From: Eukaryota sp. GEM-RC1
Taxonomy: Eukaryota
Assembly: GCA_040285855.1 (NCBI GenBank)
Contig: JAUFOQ010000003.1
Span: forward strand, 372,001-436,000
DNA: 64,000 nt
Reading direction: 5' to 3'
Below are positions 1 to 13,320 of the stretch, piece by piece (positions within the stretch are counted from its first letter, which is position 1; each line of letters starts with the position of its first letter). Made by a program: the position numbers and the translations under genes. The notes under the pieces were generated by a model that did no database searches, was not told the origin of the DNA, and saw only the letters and a list, made by a program, of their open reading frames with translations.

Positions 1-2287
1 TCATCTAAATGTACAGTTTGTATCAATTTGTTCCTTTAACCGAACAGTTTTCAACAACACTACAGTCTTCATCAACACGAACAACAACAGAATGTATGAA
101 AAAAGGAAACCAGGTTGCATCACTGTTGTTATGTTAATTATTGGTGTTCAGTTTCTAGTCAACTGAATGGCACTATGTGGAGTTGAACTCCGTTGATGAA
201 TATTTTAAATTTGCTGCAAGCAACCTCTGTACTACCAACAGTACGAACTATAACACAGTTTGATAGACATTGAGATTCAGACCTCTTTCGGATCTATGAA
301 TTTCATTGATAACAGTGAATCTCTTGTCAAAATTTTGTTAGACAATAACGATTTTTCTCTTTGGTAATCAAAGTCCTAGAAAATACTTCTCAGTATGTAA
401 CAGGGGACATCTAAATCCGTATACTGTCATCTAAATGTACAGTTTGTGTCAATTTGTTCCTTTAACCGAATAGTGATCAACAACACTACAGTCTTCATCA
501 ACACGAACAACAACAAAAGAGATACAAGATGGATGAAAAAAAGAAACCAGGTTGCATCACTGTTGTTATGTTAATTATTGGTGTTCAGTTTCTAGTCAGC
601 TGAATGGCACCATGTGGAGTTGAACTCCGTTTATGTTCGATAGATGAATATTTCAAATTTTGCTGCAAGCAACCACCAACAGTACGAACTATAACACAGT
701 TTGATAGACATTGAGATTCAGTCCTCTTTCGGGTCTATGGATTTCACCGATAACAGTGAATCTCTTGTCAAAATTTTGTTAGACAACAACGATTTGTCTC
801 TTTGGTAATCAAAGTCCTAGAAAATACTTCTCAGTACGTTACAGGGAACATCTGAAACCGTATACTCTCATCTAAATGTACAGTCGATATCAATTTGTTC
901 CTTTAACCGAACAGTTTTCAACAACACTACAGTCTTCATCAACACGAACAACAACAGAATGTATGAAAAAAGGAAACCAGGTTGCATCACTGTTGTTATG
1001 TTAATTATTGGTGTTCAGTTTCTAGTCAACTGAATGGCACTATGTGGAGTTGAACTCCGTTGATGAATATTTTAAATTTGCTGCAAGCAACCTCTGTACT
1101 ACCAACAGTACGAACTATAACACAGTTTGATAGACATTGAGATTCAGACCTCTTTCGGATCTATGAATTTCATTGATAACAGTGAATCTCTTGTCAAAAT
1201 TTTGTTAGACAATAACGATTTTTCTCTTTGGTAATCAAAGTCCTAGAAAATACTTCTCAGTATGTAACAGGGGACATCTAAATCCGTATACTGTCATCTA
1301 AATGTACAGTTTGTGTCAATTTGTTCCTTTAACCGAATAGTGATCAACAACACTACAGTCTTCATCAACACGAACAACAACAAAAGAGATACAAGATGGA
1401 TGAAAAAAAGAAACCAGGTTGCATCACTGTTGTTATGTTAATTATTGGTGTTCAGTTTCTAGTCAGCTGAATGGCACCATGTGGAGTTGAACTCCGTTTA
1501 TGTTCGATAGATGAATATTTCAAATTTTGCTGCAAGCAACCACCAACAGTACGAACTATAACACAGTTTGATAGACATTGAGATTCAGTCCTCTTTCGGG
1601 TCTATGGATTTCACCGATAACAGTGAATCTCTTGTCAAAATTTTGTTAGACAACAACGATTTGTCTCTTTGGTAATCAAAGTCCTAGAAAATACTTCTCA
1701 GTACGTTACAGGGAACATCTGAAACCGTATACTCTCATCTAAATGTACAGTCGATATCAATTTGTTCCTTTAACCGAACAGTTTTCAACAACACTACAGT
1801 CTTCATCAACACGAACAACAACAAAAGAGATACAAGATGGATGAAAAAAGGAAACCAGGTTGCATCACTGTTGTTATGTTAATTATTGGTGTTCAGTTTC
1901 TAGTCAGCTGAATGGCACCATGTGGAGTTGAACTCCGTTTATGATCGACAGATATTTTAAAATTTTGCTGCAAGCAACCTCTGTACTACTAACAGTACGA
2001 ACTATAACACAGTTTGATAGACATTGAGCTTCAGACCTCCTTCGGATCTATGGATGTCACCGATAACAGTGAATCTCTTGTCGTAATTTTGTTAGACAAC
2101 AAAGATTTTTCTCTTTGGTAATCAAAGTCCTAGAAGATACTTCTCAGTACGTTAAAGGGAACATCTAAAACCGTACACTCTCATTTAAATGTACAGTTTG
2201 TATCAATTTGTTCCTTTAACCGAACAGTTTTCAACAACGCTACAGTCTTCATCAACACGAACAACAACAAAAGAGATACAAAATGGA

Positions 2288-2473
2288 AAAAACGGGGTTT
2301 ATGATCGTTCAGTGAAATACATGCATTTGCAGAAGTTAATAACTAACAGTCACTAACTAAAGTATCTAAACTATAATCCTTCTGTCCATCACCGAACAAC
2401 TTACCTAAAATTGAATTAAAATATCTGTGCATTGAACGAAACAACGCAAACGTTAACCTGCTCAACGAAAAAT
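2288..2473 (-). mobile_element. Insert A: 186 bp 3' end of an RLE non-LTR retrotransposon (also 9109-9294, 19955-20140, 27219-27404, 28569-28754, 30369-30554, 32162-32347)
   Basis: Aligns by eye to ~46,341-46,527. Flanked by a duplicated TACAAGATGGA with 0-1 mismatch per copy. Confidence 0.9.
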
Positions 2474-4630
2474 TACAAGACGGATGGAAAAATAGGGAAA
2501 CCAGGTTGCATCACTCTTGTTGTGTTAATAATTGGTGTTCAGTCTCTAGTCAGCTGAATGGCACCATGTGGAGTTGAACTCCGTTTATGATCGACAGATA
2601 TTTTAAATTTTTGCTGCAAGCAACCTCTGTACTACCAACAGTACGAACTATAACACAGTTTGATAGACATTGAGATTCAGACCTCTTTCGGATCTATGAA
2701 TTTCATTGATAACAGTGAATCTCTTGTCAAAATTTTGTTAGACAATAACGATTTTTCTCTTTGGTAATCAAAGTCCTAGAAAATACTTCTCAGTATGTAA
2801 CAGGGGACATCTAAATCCGTATACTGTCATCTAAATGTACAGTTTGTGTCAATTTGTTCCTTTAACCGAATAGTGATCAACAACACTACAGTCTTCATCA
2901 ACACGAACAACAACAAAAGAGATACAAGATGGATGGAAAAAAGGAAACCAGGTTGCATCACTGTTGTTAAGTTAATTATCAGTGTTCAGTTTCTAGTCAG
3001 CTGAATGGCACCATGTGGAGTTGAACTCCGTTTATGATCAATAGATGAATATTTTAAATTTGCTGCAAGCAAGCACCAACAGTACGAACTATAACACAGT
3101 TTGATAGACATTGAGATTCAGTCCTCTTTCGGGTCTATGGATTTCACCGATAACAGTGAATCTCTTGTCAAAATTTTGTTAGACAACAACGATTTGTCTC
3201 TTTGGTAATCAAAGTCCTAGAAAATACTTCTCAGTACGTTACAGGGAACATCTGAAACCGTATACTCTCATCTAAATGTACAGTTTGTATCAATTTGTTC
3301 CTTTAACCGAACAGTTTTCAACAACACTACAGTCTTCATCAACACGAACAACAACAGAATGTATGAAAAAGGAAACCAGGTTGCATCACTGTTGTTATGT
3401 TAATTATTGGTGTTCAGTTTCTAGTCAACTGAATGGCACTATGTGGAGTTGAACTCCGTTGATGAATATTTTAAATTTGCTGCAAGCAACCTCTGTACTA
3501 CCAACAGTACGAACTATAACACAGTTTGATAGACATTGAGATTCAGACCTCTTTCGGATCTATGAATTTCATTGATAACAGTGAATCTCTTGTCAAAATT
3601 TTGTTAGACAATAACGATTTTTCTCTTTGGTAATCAAAGTCCTAGAAAATACTTCTCAGTATGTAACAGGGGACATCTAAATCCGTATACTGTCATCTAA
3701 ATGTACAGTTTGTGTCAATTTGTTCCTTTAACCGAATAGTGATCAACAACACTACAGTCTTCATCAACACGAACAACAACAAAAGAGATACAAGATGGAT
3801 GGAAAAAAGGAAACCAGGTTGCATCACTGTTGTTAAGTTAATTATCAGTGTTCAGTTTCTAGTCAGCTGAATGGCACCATGTGGAGTTGAACTCCGTTTA
3901 TGATCAATAGATGAATATTTTAAATTTGCTGCAAGCAACCACCAACAGTACGAACTATAACACAGTTTGATAGACATTGAGATTCAGTCCTCTTTCGGGT
4001 CTATGGATTTCACCGATAACAGTGAATCTCTTGTCAAAATTTTGTTAGACAACAACGATTTGTCTCTTTGGTAATCAAAGTCCTAGAAAATACTTCTCAG
4101 TACGTTACAGGGAACATCTGAAACCGTATACTCTCATCTAAATGTACAGTTTGTATCAATTTGTTCCTTTAACCGAACAGTTTTCAACAACACTACAGTC
4201 TTCATCAACACGAACAACAACAGAATGTATGAAAAAAGGAAACCAGGTTGCATCACTGTTGTTATGTTAATTATTGGTGTTCAGTTTCTAGTCAACTGAA
4301 TGGCACTATGTGGAGTTGAACTCCGTTGATGAATATTTTAAATTTGCTGCAAGCAACCTCTGTACTACCAACAGTACGAACTATAACACAGTTTGATAGA
4401 CATTGAGATTCAGACCTCTTTCGGATCTATGAATTTCATTGATAACAGTGAATCTCTTGTCAAAATTTTGTTAGACAATAACGATTTTTCTCTTTGGTAA
4501 TCAAAGTCCTAGAAAATACTTCTCAGTATGTAACAGGGGACATCTAAATCCGTATACTGTCATCTAAATGTACAGTTTGTGTCAATTTGTTCCTTTAACC
4601 GAATAGTGATCAACAACACTACAGTCTTCA

Positions 4631-6603
4631 TCAACACGAACAACAACAAAAGAGATACAAGATGGATGAAAAAAAGATTTGGTTGTGTGTAATTTTTTGG
4701 ACTTTCTCTTCTAATTGCGCAAGTTTCTGTTGAGTTGGAAAATCTGTAAATTTATAATACCCACTTGATCGACTTATCATTGGAGCCAATGTGTTATTGA
4801 AAAACTTTATAATTCCAGCAATGACATTATCCAATGCTCCAATTTGGTTGTTTAGATCACCCATTTGGTTATTGATTTGACCAATATCTTTGCTAAAGAT
4901 ATCTCCATGCACATATCTTCCCAACATTTCCTCAATGGTCCCTAAAAGATCATCTCTAAACAGATTTAACTCTTCAGCTTGACTATGTCCCCCATATAAG
5001 GAAGGAACAAACACATCATCTAAATTGGATTCTCCAAAATCTGTATTCAAAATATCATCAACAATTCTTGGTCTTCTTCCTCCAATTCTACCCCCAAAGT
5101 ATCTGAAAGAATCTTGATCATAGAAATTTGATACAGCAAAAGAATCATCGATACCTTGTCGATAGAAATTAATCAAGAATCGTTTTAAAGAATTCAAATA
5201 TCTTCTATATAATTGATATTGCATAAAATGTGGATTGTTAGCTTTTTGAATTATTTCTGCAATTTGATGGTCTAACCCATCAATGTGTTGACCCATTGAT
5301 ATACGAACAATCACCTCATACAATACTTTTAAATCTTGATATAAAACATCAACGTGTCTACTATCTAAATCCTGAAGAGATGCAATTTGATCATATGATT
5401 CTTTAGCCACACGAATGTCATTCTTTAATGCTCGTAAAGAAGAATCATCCAAATCACAATCAATTAATGTTTTCATCCAATTTGCACAGAATAATTGAGA
5501 ACAAGTTTTTGTATTTTCCAAAGTTTGTACGACATTTGGATTTTGAAGTAAATCTTCTCCCACATGTTCACAAATATCATTATAAGTGATGTTGGAATGT
5601 TTTAATAATTTTGGATTTTCATCTCCAATGACATTATATTTAATCAGATTTTGTAATCTAATGTGATCGTTATTTGTAATTGGAGTACTATTCAGATCCT
5701 CATCTTCAACTGATGTAAAAATGGTATTTAATGAATTTGAACAATAAGCAGGTTTTTTTAATGTTGTAGTGTAAGATTGTGTTTCTAAATCATAAACAAT
5801 GGTTTCTTGAGTTTGATCTGGTCCAAGTTTCACTAATGCATCATTTGGATTGAATTTTCCAAAGGTTAATGCTTTTGCAAGATATTCGCCATCATCAGCT
5901 ACCTCTGCTGGATCTACAGGAAGACTTTTAGCATTTCCTGGATATATGCGTACAACAAAATGATCCGGAGAAACATCAGAAGAACCACCTTTTTGAAGTA
6001 CGAGTGAATGCTTGGGGGTTTTACATAGAATTCATCAAACACGTTCTTACCAGTATTTGGTCCATACTCCTTATCTAAATGATTGTAATACCAATCCAGA
6101 TTCGCCTTATTCTGACTATCATTCAAATCCAACCAATTCTGATGTAATGGATTTGCATGCCATCGTCTAAAGATGTCATTATTAATGGGTCTGACATAAG
6201 GACGACCCTCTTCGTAAAGCATATTAGCATACTTGGGAACAAAATATTCATGGTACAATCTGTAAATGTCATCTGGAGTTGGTTTACGGTTCGTGGCTTG
6301 TTCATAGTATTGTCTGTATTTTTCTGTTTCATTCCACCACGTAGTTCTATCATTCAAATTCACAAATTTTAGCTCGTATCCAATCTTGTCATTTTCAAAT
6401 ACGTGCAGTCTAAGAGTCTCATCTTGCCTAGTTCGAGGTCGAGTTTTTAGAATGGGTCCCACAGTTGGTATATTTGTAGAGGGTTTAGAAGTGGATTGAG
6501 AAGTTGAGTCGTGTTGTTGTTTAGCAGCATCTTCTCGTTGTTTTCGTTTTCGTTGAGCAGCATCATGGCTGGAGAGTGTGAGATGGGAAGTGATGTGTTG
6601 CAT
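4631..6603 (-). pseudogene. Frameshifted copy of the long cassette ORF (also 10602-12574 and 22671-24712)
   Basis: A 1-bp deletion (CCTTTTTGAAG versus CCTTTTTGGAAG in copy 3) splits it into 229 aa and 400 aa ORFs. Confidence 0.85.
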
Positions 6604-7348
6604 GAAGTTTTTAACAATGTATCTCCATTAATTTTGCATGTTGAGATAATCTAATAGCTTCTAACTCTTTCTTTACAGCTGGATCCAAAACAAATCCTGT
6701 GTTCTGGAGTCTACGTAAAGTCTCATTACTTACTTGATATAAATCCATCGCGTCTTTATAAACTTTTTCTAGGTCATTGGTTAATCTCGTGGATAATTGA
6801 GTTAACTCCTCTGAATTTCCTACACCTATCGCGGTTTGTTGATATTGGGTAAATAAATCAATCATTTCATTATATTTAGCAAGCAGATTGATGTTATTTG
6901 AATATGCAGCATTTAAAAAAACTGCTAGAGTTTGTTTTTGATGATTAGATGCGTTAAATTTTTGTACTTCTTCTCTTGTCTTTGTTTGTTCCTGTCGTAG
7001 TTGTTGCTGCAAGTTCTTTACAGATTCATTTAGTTTAGCCATCTCAAGCTTTGAAACATTTCGCGTATTCTTAAGTTGAGCAGCCAACTCCTTATGTTGA
7101 GCAACACTTGATTCATATGATGTCCTTAGTCTATGCAGATCTTTTTCCTTTTCAGTATATTGTTTAATAAGATTCTCATAGTCGATCTTCATTTTGTCAA
7201 TAGTTTCCTGCAATTGCTGAGAGTTCCTATGCTCATCTCTGAGTTGATCCTGTAATTGTTTTATCATATCTTGTACACCTGGAGCACCATCGCTAATATT
7301 TTGTTTTAACCGATTAATTTCAGATTGCAATTTTCTGATTTAAGATTT
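4678..7348 (-). mobile_element. 2.67 kb two-ORF foreign cassette inserted in a repeat unit, copy 1
   Basis: Non-repeat DNA flanked by TGAAAAAA(A)GA on both sides (4667-4677 and 7349-7358). Empty units carry this motif once. Confidence 0.9.
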
Positions 7349-10300
7349 TGAAAAAAGAAACCAGGTTGCATCACTGTTGTTATGTTAATTATTGGTGTTC
7401 AGTTTCTAGTCAGCTGAATGGCACCATGTGGAGTTGAACTCCGTTTATGTTCGATAGATGAATATTTCAAATTTTGCTGCAAGCAACCTCTGTACTACCA
7501 ACAGTACGAACTATAACACAGTTTGATAGACATTGAGATTCAGTCCTCTTTCGGGTCTATGGATTTCACCGATAACAGTGAATCTCTTGTCAAAATTTTG
7601 TTAGACAACAACGATTTGTCTCTTTGGTAATCAAAGTCCTAGAAAATACTTCTCAGTACGTTACAGGGAACATCTGAAACCGTATACTCTCATCTAAATG
7701 TACAGTTTGTATCAATTTGTTCCTTTAACCGAACAGTTTTCAACAACACTACAGTCTTCATCAACACGAACAACAACAGAATGTATGAAACAAGGAAACC
7801 AGGTTGCATCACTGTTGTTATGTTAATTATTGGTGTTCAGTTTCTAGTCAACTGAATGGCACTATGTGGAGTTGAACTCCGTTGATGAATATTTTAAATT
7901 TGCTGCAAGCAACCTCTGTACTACCAACAGTACGAACTATAACACAGTTTGATAGACATTGAGATTCAGACCTCTTTCGGATCTATGAATTTCATTGATA
8001 ACAGTGAATCTCTTGTCAAAATTTTGTTAGACAATAACGATTTTTCTCTTTGGTAATCAAAGTCCTAGAAAATACTTCTCAGTATGTAACAGGGGACATC
8101 TAAATCCGTATACTGTCATCAAAATGTACAGTTTGTGTCAATTTGTTCCTTTAACCGAATAGTGATCAACAACACTACAGTCTTCATCAACACGAACAAC
8201 AACAAAAGAGATACAAGATGGATGAAAAAAGAAACCAGGTTGCATCACTGTTGTTATGTTAATTATTGGTGTTCAGTTTCTAGTCAGCTGAATGGCACCA
8301 TGTGGAGTTGAACTCCGTTTATGTTCGATAGATGAATATTTCAAATTTTGCTGCAAGCAACCACCAACAGTACGAACTATAACACAGTTTGATAGACATT
8401 GAGATTCAGTCCTCTTTCGGGTCTATGGATTTCACCGATAACAGTGAATCTCTTGTCAAAATTTTGTTAGACAACAACGATTTGTCTCTTTGGTAATCAA
8501 AGTCCTAGAAAATACTTCTCAGTACGTTACAGGGAACATCTGAAACCGTATACTCTCATCTAAATGTACAGTCGATATCAATTTGTTCCTTTAACCGAAC
8601 AGTTTTCAACAACACTACAGTCTTCATCAACACGAACAACAACAAAAGAGATACAAGATGGATGAAAAAAGGAAACCAGGTTGCATCACTGTTGTTATGT
8701 TAATTATTGGTGTTCAGTTTCTAGTCAGCTGAATGGCACCATGTGGAGTTGAACTCCGTTTATGATCGACAGATATTTTAAAATTTTGCTGCAAGCAACC
8801 TCTGTACTACTAACAGTACGAACTATAACACAGTTTGATAGACATTGAGCTTCAGACCTCCTTCGGATCTATGGATGTCACCGATAACAGTGAATCTCTT
8901 GTCGTAATTTTGTTAGACAACAAAGATTTTTCTCTTTGGTAATCAAAGTCCTAGAAGATACTTCTCAGTACGTTAAAGGGAACATCTAAAACCGTACACT
9001 CTCATTTAAATGTACAGTTTGTATCAATTTGTTCCTTTAACCGAACAGTTTTCAACAACGCTACAGTCTTCATCAACACGAACAACAACAAAAGAGATAC
9101 AAAATGGAAAAAACGGGGTTTATGATCGTTCAGTGAAATACATGCATTTGCAGAAGTTAATAACTAACAGTCACTAACTAAAGTATCTAAACTATAATCC
9201 TTCTGTCCATCACCGAACAACTTACCTAAAATTGAATTAAAATATCTGTGCATTGAACGAAACAACGCAAACGTTAACCTGCTCAACGAAAAATTACAAG
9301 ACGGATGGAAAAAAAGGGAAACCAGGTTGCATCACTCTTGTTGTGTTAATAATTGGTGTTCAGTCTCTAGTCAGCTGAATGGCACCATGTGGAGTTGAAC
9401 TCCGTTTATGATCGACAGATATTTTAAATTTTTGCTGCAAGCAACCTCTGTACTACCAACAGTACGAACTATAACACAGTTTGATAGACATTGAGATTCA
9501 GTCCTCTTTCGGGTCTATGGATTTCACCGATAACAGTGAATCTCTTGTCAAAATTTTGTTAGACAACAACGATTTTTCTCTCTGGTAATCAAAGTCCTAG
9601 AAAATACTTCTCAGTACGTTACAGGGGACATCTATAACCGTATACTCTCATCTAAATGTACAGTTTGTGTCAATTTGTTCCTTTAACCGAATAGTGATCA
9701 ACAACACTACAGTCTTCATCAACACGAACAACAACAAAAGAGATACAAGATGGATGAAAAAAAGAAACCAGGTTGCATCACTGTTGTTATGTTAATTATT
9801 GGTGTTCAGTTTCTAGTCAGCTGAATGGCACCATGTGGAGTTGAACTCCGTTTATGTTCGATAGATGAATATTTCAAATTTTGCTGCAAGCAACCTCTGT
9901 ACTACCTACAGTACGAACTATAACACAGTTTGATAGACATTGAGATTCAGTCCTCTTTCGGGTCTATGGATTTCACCGATAACAGTGAATCTCTTGTCAA
10001 AATTTTGTTAGACAACAACGATTTTTCTCTTTGGTAATCAAAGTCCTAGAAAATACTTCTCAGTACGTTACAGGGAACATCTAAAACCGTATACTCTCAT
10101 CTAAATGTACAGTTTGTATTAATTTGTTCCTTTAACCGAACAGTTTTCAACAACACTACAGTCTTCATCAACACGAACAACAACAGAATGTATGAAAAAG
10201 GAAACCAGGTTGCATCACTGTTGTTATGTTAATTATTGGTGTTCAGTTTCTAGTCAGCTGAATGGCACCATGTGGAGTTGAACTCCGTTTATGTTCGATA

Positions 10301-10648
10301 GATATTTTAAATTTTTGCTGCAAGCAACCTCTGTACTACCAACAGTACGAACTATAACACAGTTTGATAGACATTGAGATTCAGTCCTCTTTCGGGTCTA
10401 TGGATTTCACCGATAACAGTGAATCTCTTGTCAAAATTTTGTTAGACAACAACGATTTTTCTCTTTGGTAATCAAAGTCCTAGAAAATACTTCTCAGTAC
10501 GTTACAGGGAACATCTAAAACCGTATACTCTCATCTAAATGTACAGTTTGTATTAATTTGTTCCTTTAACCGAACAGTTTTCAACAACACTACAGTCTTC
10601 ATCAACACGAACAACAACAAAAGAGATACAAGATGGATGAAAAAAAGA

Positions 10649-13320
10649 TTTGGTTGTGTGTAATTTTTTGGACTTTCTCTTCTAATTGCGCAAGTTTCTG
10701 TTGAGTTGGAAAATCTGTAAATTTATAATACCCACTTGATCGACTTATCATTGGAGCCAATGTGTTATTGAAAAACTTTATAATTCCAGCAATGACATTA
10801 TCCAATGCTCCAATTTGGTTGTTTAGATCACCCATTTGGTTATTGATTTGACCAATATCTTTGCTAAAGATATCTCCATGCACATATCTTCCCAACATTT
10901 CCTCAATGGTCCCTAAAAGATCATCTCTAAACAGATTTAACTCTTCAGCTTGACTATGTCCCCCATATAAGGAAGGAACAAACACATCATCTAAATTGGA
11001 TACTCCAAAATCTGTATTCAAAATATCATCAACAATTCTTGGTCTTCTTCCTCCAATTCTACCCCCAAAGTATCTGAAAGAATCTTGATCATAGAAATTT
11101 GATACAGCAAAAGAATCATCGATACCTTGTCGATAGAAATTAATCAAGAATCGTTTTAAAGAATTCAAATATCTTCTATATAATTGATATTGCATAAAAT
11201 GTGGATTGTTAGCTTTTTGAATTATTTCTGCAATTTGATGGTCTAACCCATCAATGTGTTGACCCATTGATATACGAACAATCACCTCATACAATACTTT
11301 TAAATCTTGATATAAAACATCAACGTGTCTACTATCTAAATCCTGAAGAGATGCAATTTGATCATATGATTCTTTAGCCACACGAATGTCATTCTTTAAT
11401 GCTCGTAAAGAAGAATCATCCAAATCACAATCAATTAATGTTTTCATCCAATTTGCACAGAATAATTGAGAACAAGTTTTTGTATTTTCCAAAGTTTGTA
11501 CGACATTTGGATTTTGAAGTAAATCTTCTCCCACATGTTCACAAATATCATTATAAGTGATGTTGGAATGTTTTAATAATTTTGGATTTTCATCTCCAAT
11601 GACATTATATTTAATCAGATTTTGTAATCTAATGTGATCGTCATTTGTAATTGGAGTACTATTCAGATCCTCATCTTCAACTGATGTAAAAATGGTATTT
11701 AATGAATTTGAACAATAAGCAGGTTTTTTTAATGTTGTAGTGTAAGATTGTGTTTCTAAATCATAAACAATGGTTTCTTGAGTTTGATCTGGTCCAAGTT
11801 TCACTAATGCATCATTTGGATTGAATTTTCCAAAGGTTAATGCTTTTGCAAGATATTCGCCATCATCAGCTACCTCTGCTGGATCTACAGGAAGACTTTT
11901 AGCATTTCCTGGATATATGCGTACAACAAAATGATCCGGAGAAACATCAGAAGAACCACCTTTTTGAAGTACGAGTGAATGCTTGGGGGTTTTACATAGA
12001 ATTCATCAAACACGTTCTTACCAGTATTTGGTCCATACTCCTTATCTAAATGATTGTAATACCAATCCAGATTCGCCTTATTCTGACTATCATTCAAATC
12101 CAACCAATTCTGATGTAATGGATTTGCATGCCATCGTCTAAAGATGTCATTATTAATGGGTCTGACATAAGGACGACCCTCTTCGTAAAGCATATTAGCA
12201 TACTTGGGAACAAAATATTCATGGTACAATCTGTAAATGTCATCTGGAGTTGGTTTACGGTTCGTGGCTTGTTCATAGTATTGTCTGTATTTTTCTGTTT
12301 CATTCCACCACGTAGTTCTATCATTCAAATTCACAAATTTTAGCTCGTATCCAATCTTGTCATTTTCAAATACGTGCAGTCTAAGAGTCTCATCTTGCCT
12401 AGTTCGAGGTCGAGTTTTTAGAATGGGTCCCACAGTTGGTATATTTGTAGAGGGTTTAGAAGTGGATTGAGAAGTTGAGTCGTGTTGTTGTTTAGCAGCA
12501 TCTTCTCGTTGTTTTCGTTTTCGTTGAGCAGCATCATGGCTGGAGAGTGTGAGATGGGAAGTGATGTGTTGCATGAAGTTTTTAACAATGTATCTCCATT
12601 AATTTTGCATGTTGAGATAATCTAATAGCTTCTAACTCTTTCTTTACAGCTGGATCCAAAACAAATCCTGTGTTCTGGAGTCTACGTAAAGTCCCATTAC
12701 TTACTTGATATAAATCCATCGCGTCTTTATAAACTTTTTCTAGGTCATTGGTTAATCTCGTGGATAATTGAGTTAACTCCTCTGAATTTCCTACACCTAT
12801 CGCGGTTTGTTGATATTGGGTAAATAAATCAATCATTTCATTATATTTAGCAAGCAGATTGATGTTATTTGAATATGCAGCATTTAAAAAAAACTGCTAG
12901 AGTTTGTTTTTGATGATTAGATGCGTTAAATTTTTGTACTTCTTCTCTTGTCTTTGTTTGTTCCTGTCGTAGTTGTTGCTGCAAGTTCTTTACAGATTCA
13001 TTTAGTTTAGCCATCTCAAGCTTTGAAACATTTCGCGTATTCTTAAGTTGAGCAGCCAACTCCTTATGTTGAGCAACAATTGATTCATATGATGTCCTTA
13101 GTCTATGCAGATCTTTTTCCTTTTCAGTATATTGTTTAATAAGATTCTCATAGTCGATCTTCATTTTGTCAATAGTTTCCTGCAATTGCTGAGAGTTCAT
13201 ATGCTCATCTCTGAGTTGATCCTGTAATTGTTTTCTCATATCTTGTACACCTGGAGCACCATCGCTAATATTTTGTTTTAACCGATTAATTTCAGATTGC
13301 AATTTTCTGATTTAAGATTT
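10649..13320 (-). mobile_element. 2.67 kb cassette, copy 2
   Basis: Near-identical to copy 1 with the same junctions. The short ORF is split by an extra A in an A-run near 12,885-12,893. Confidence 0.9.

Noticed and set aside
106..542. Tandem 5S rRNA, tRNA or U1/U2/U6 snRNA genes
   Set aside because: No recognisable conserved motifs (e.g. ATACTTACCTG, GTGTAGTA, ACAGAGAAG) on either strand. Only generic AATTTT(T)G Sm-like strings are present.
6123..6372. 76 aa and 71 aa ORFs in each cassette copy
   Set aside because: Alternate-frame or antisense shadows of the long ORF.
4678..7348. Cassette as an autonomous transposon, with satellite units as LTRs
   Set aside because: No integrase, transposase or RT motifs. 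Both ORFs are cut at the edges, and identical junctions show one insertion amplified with the array.
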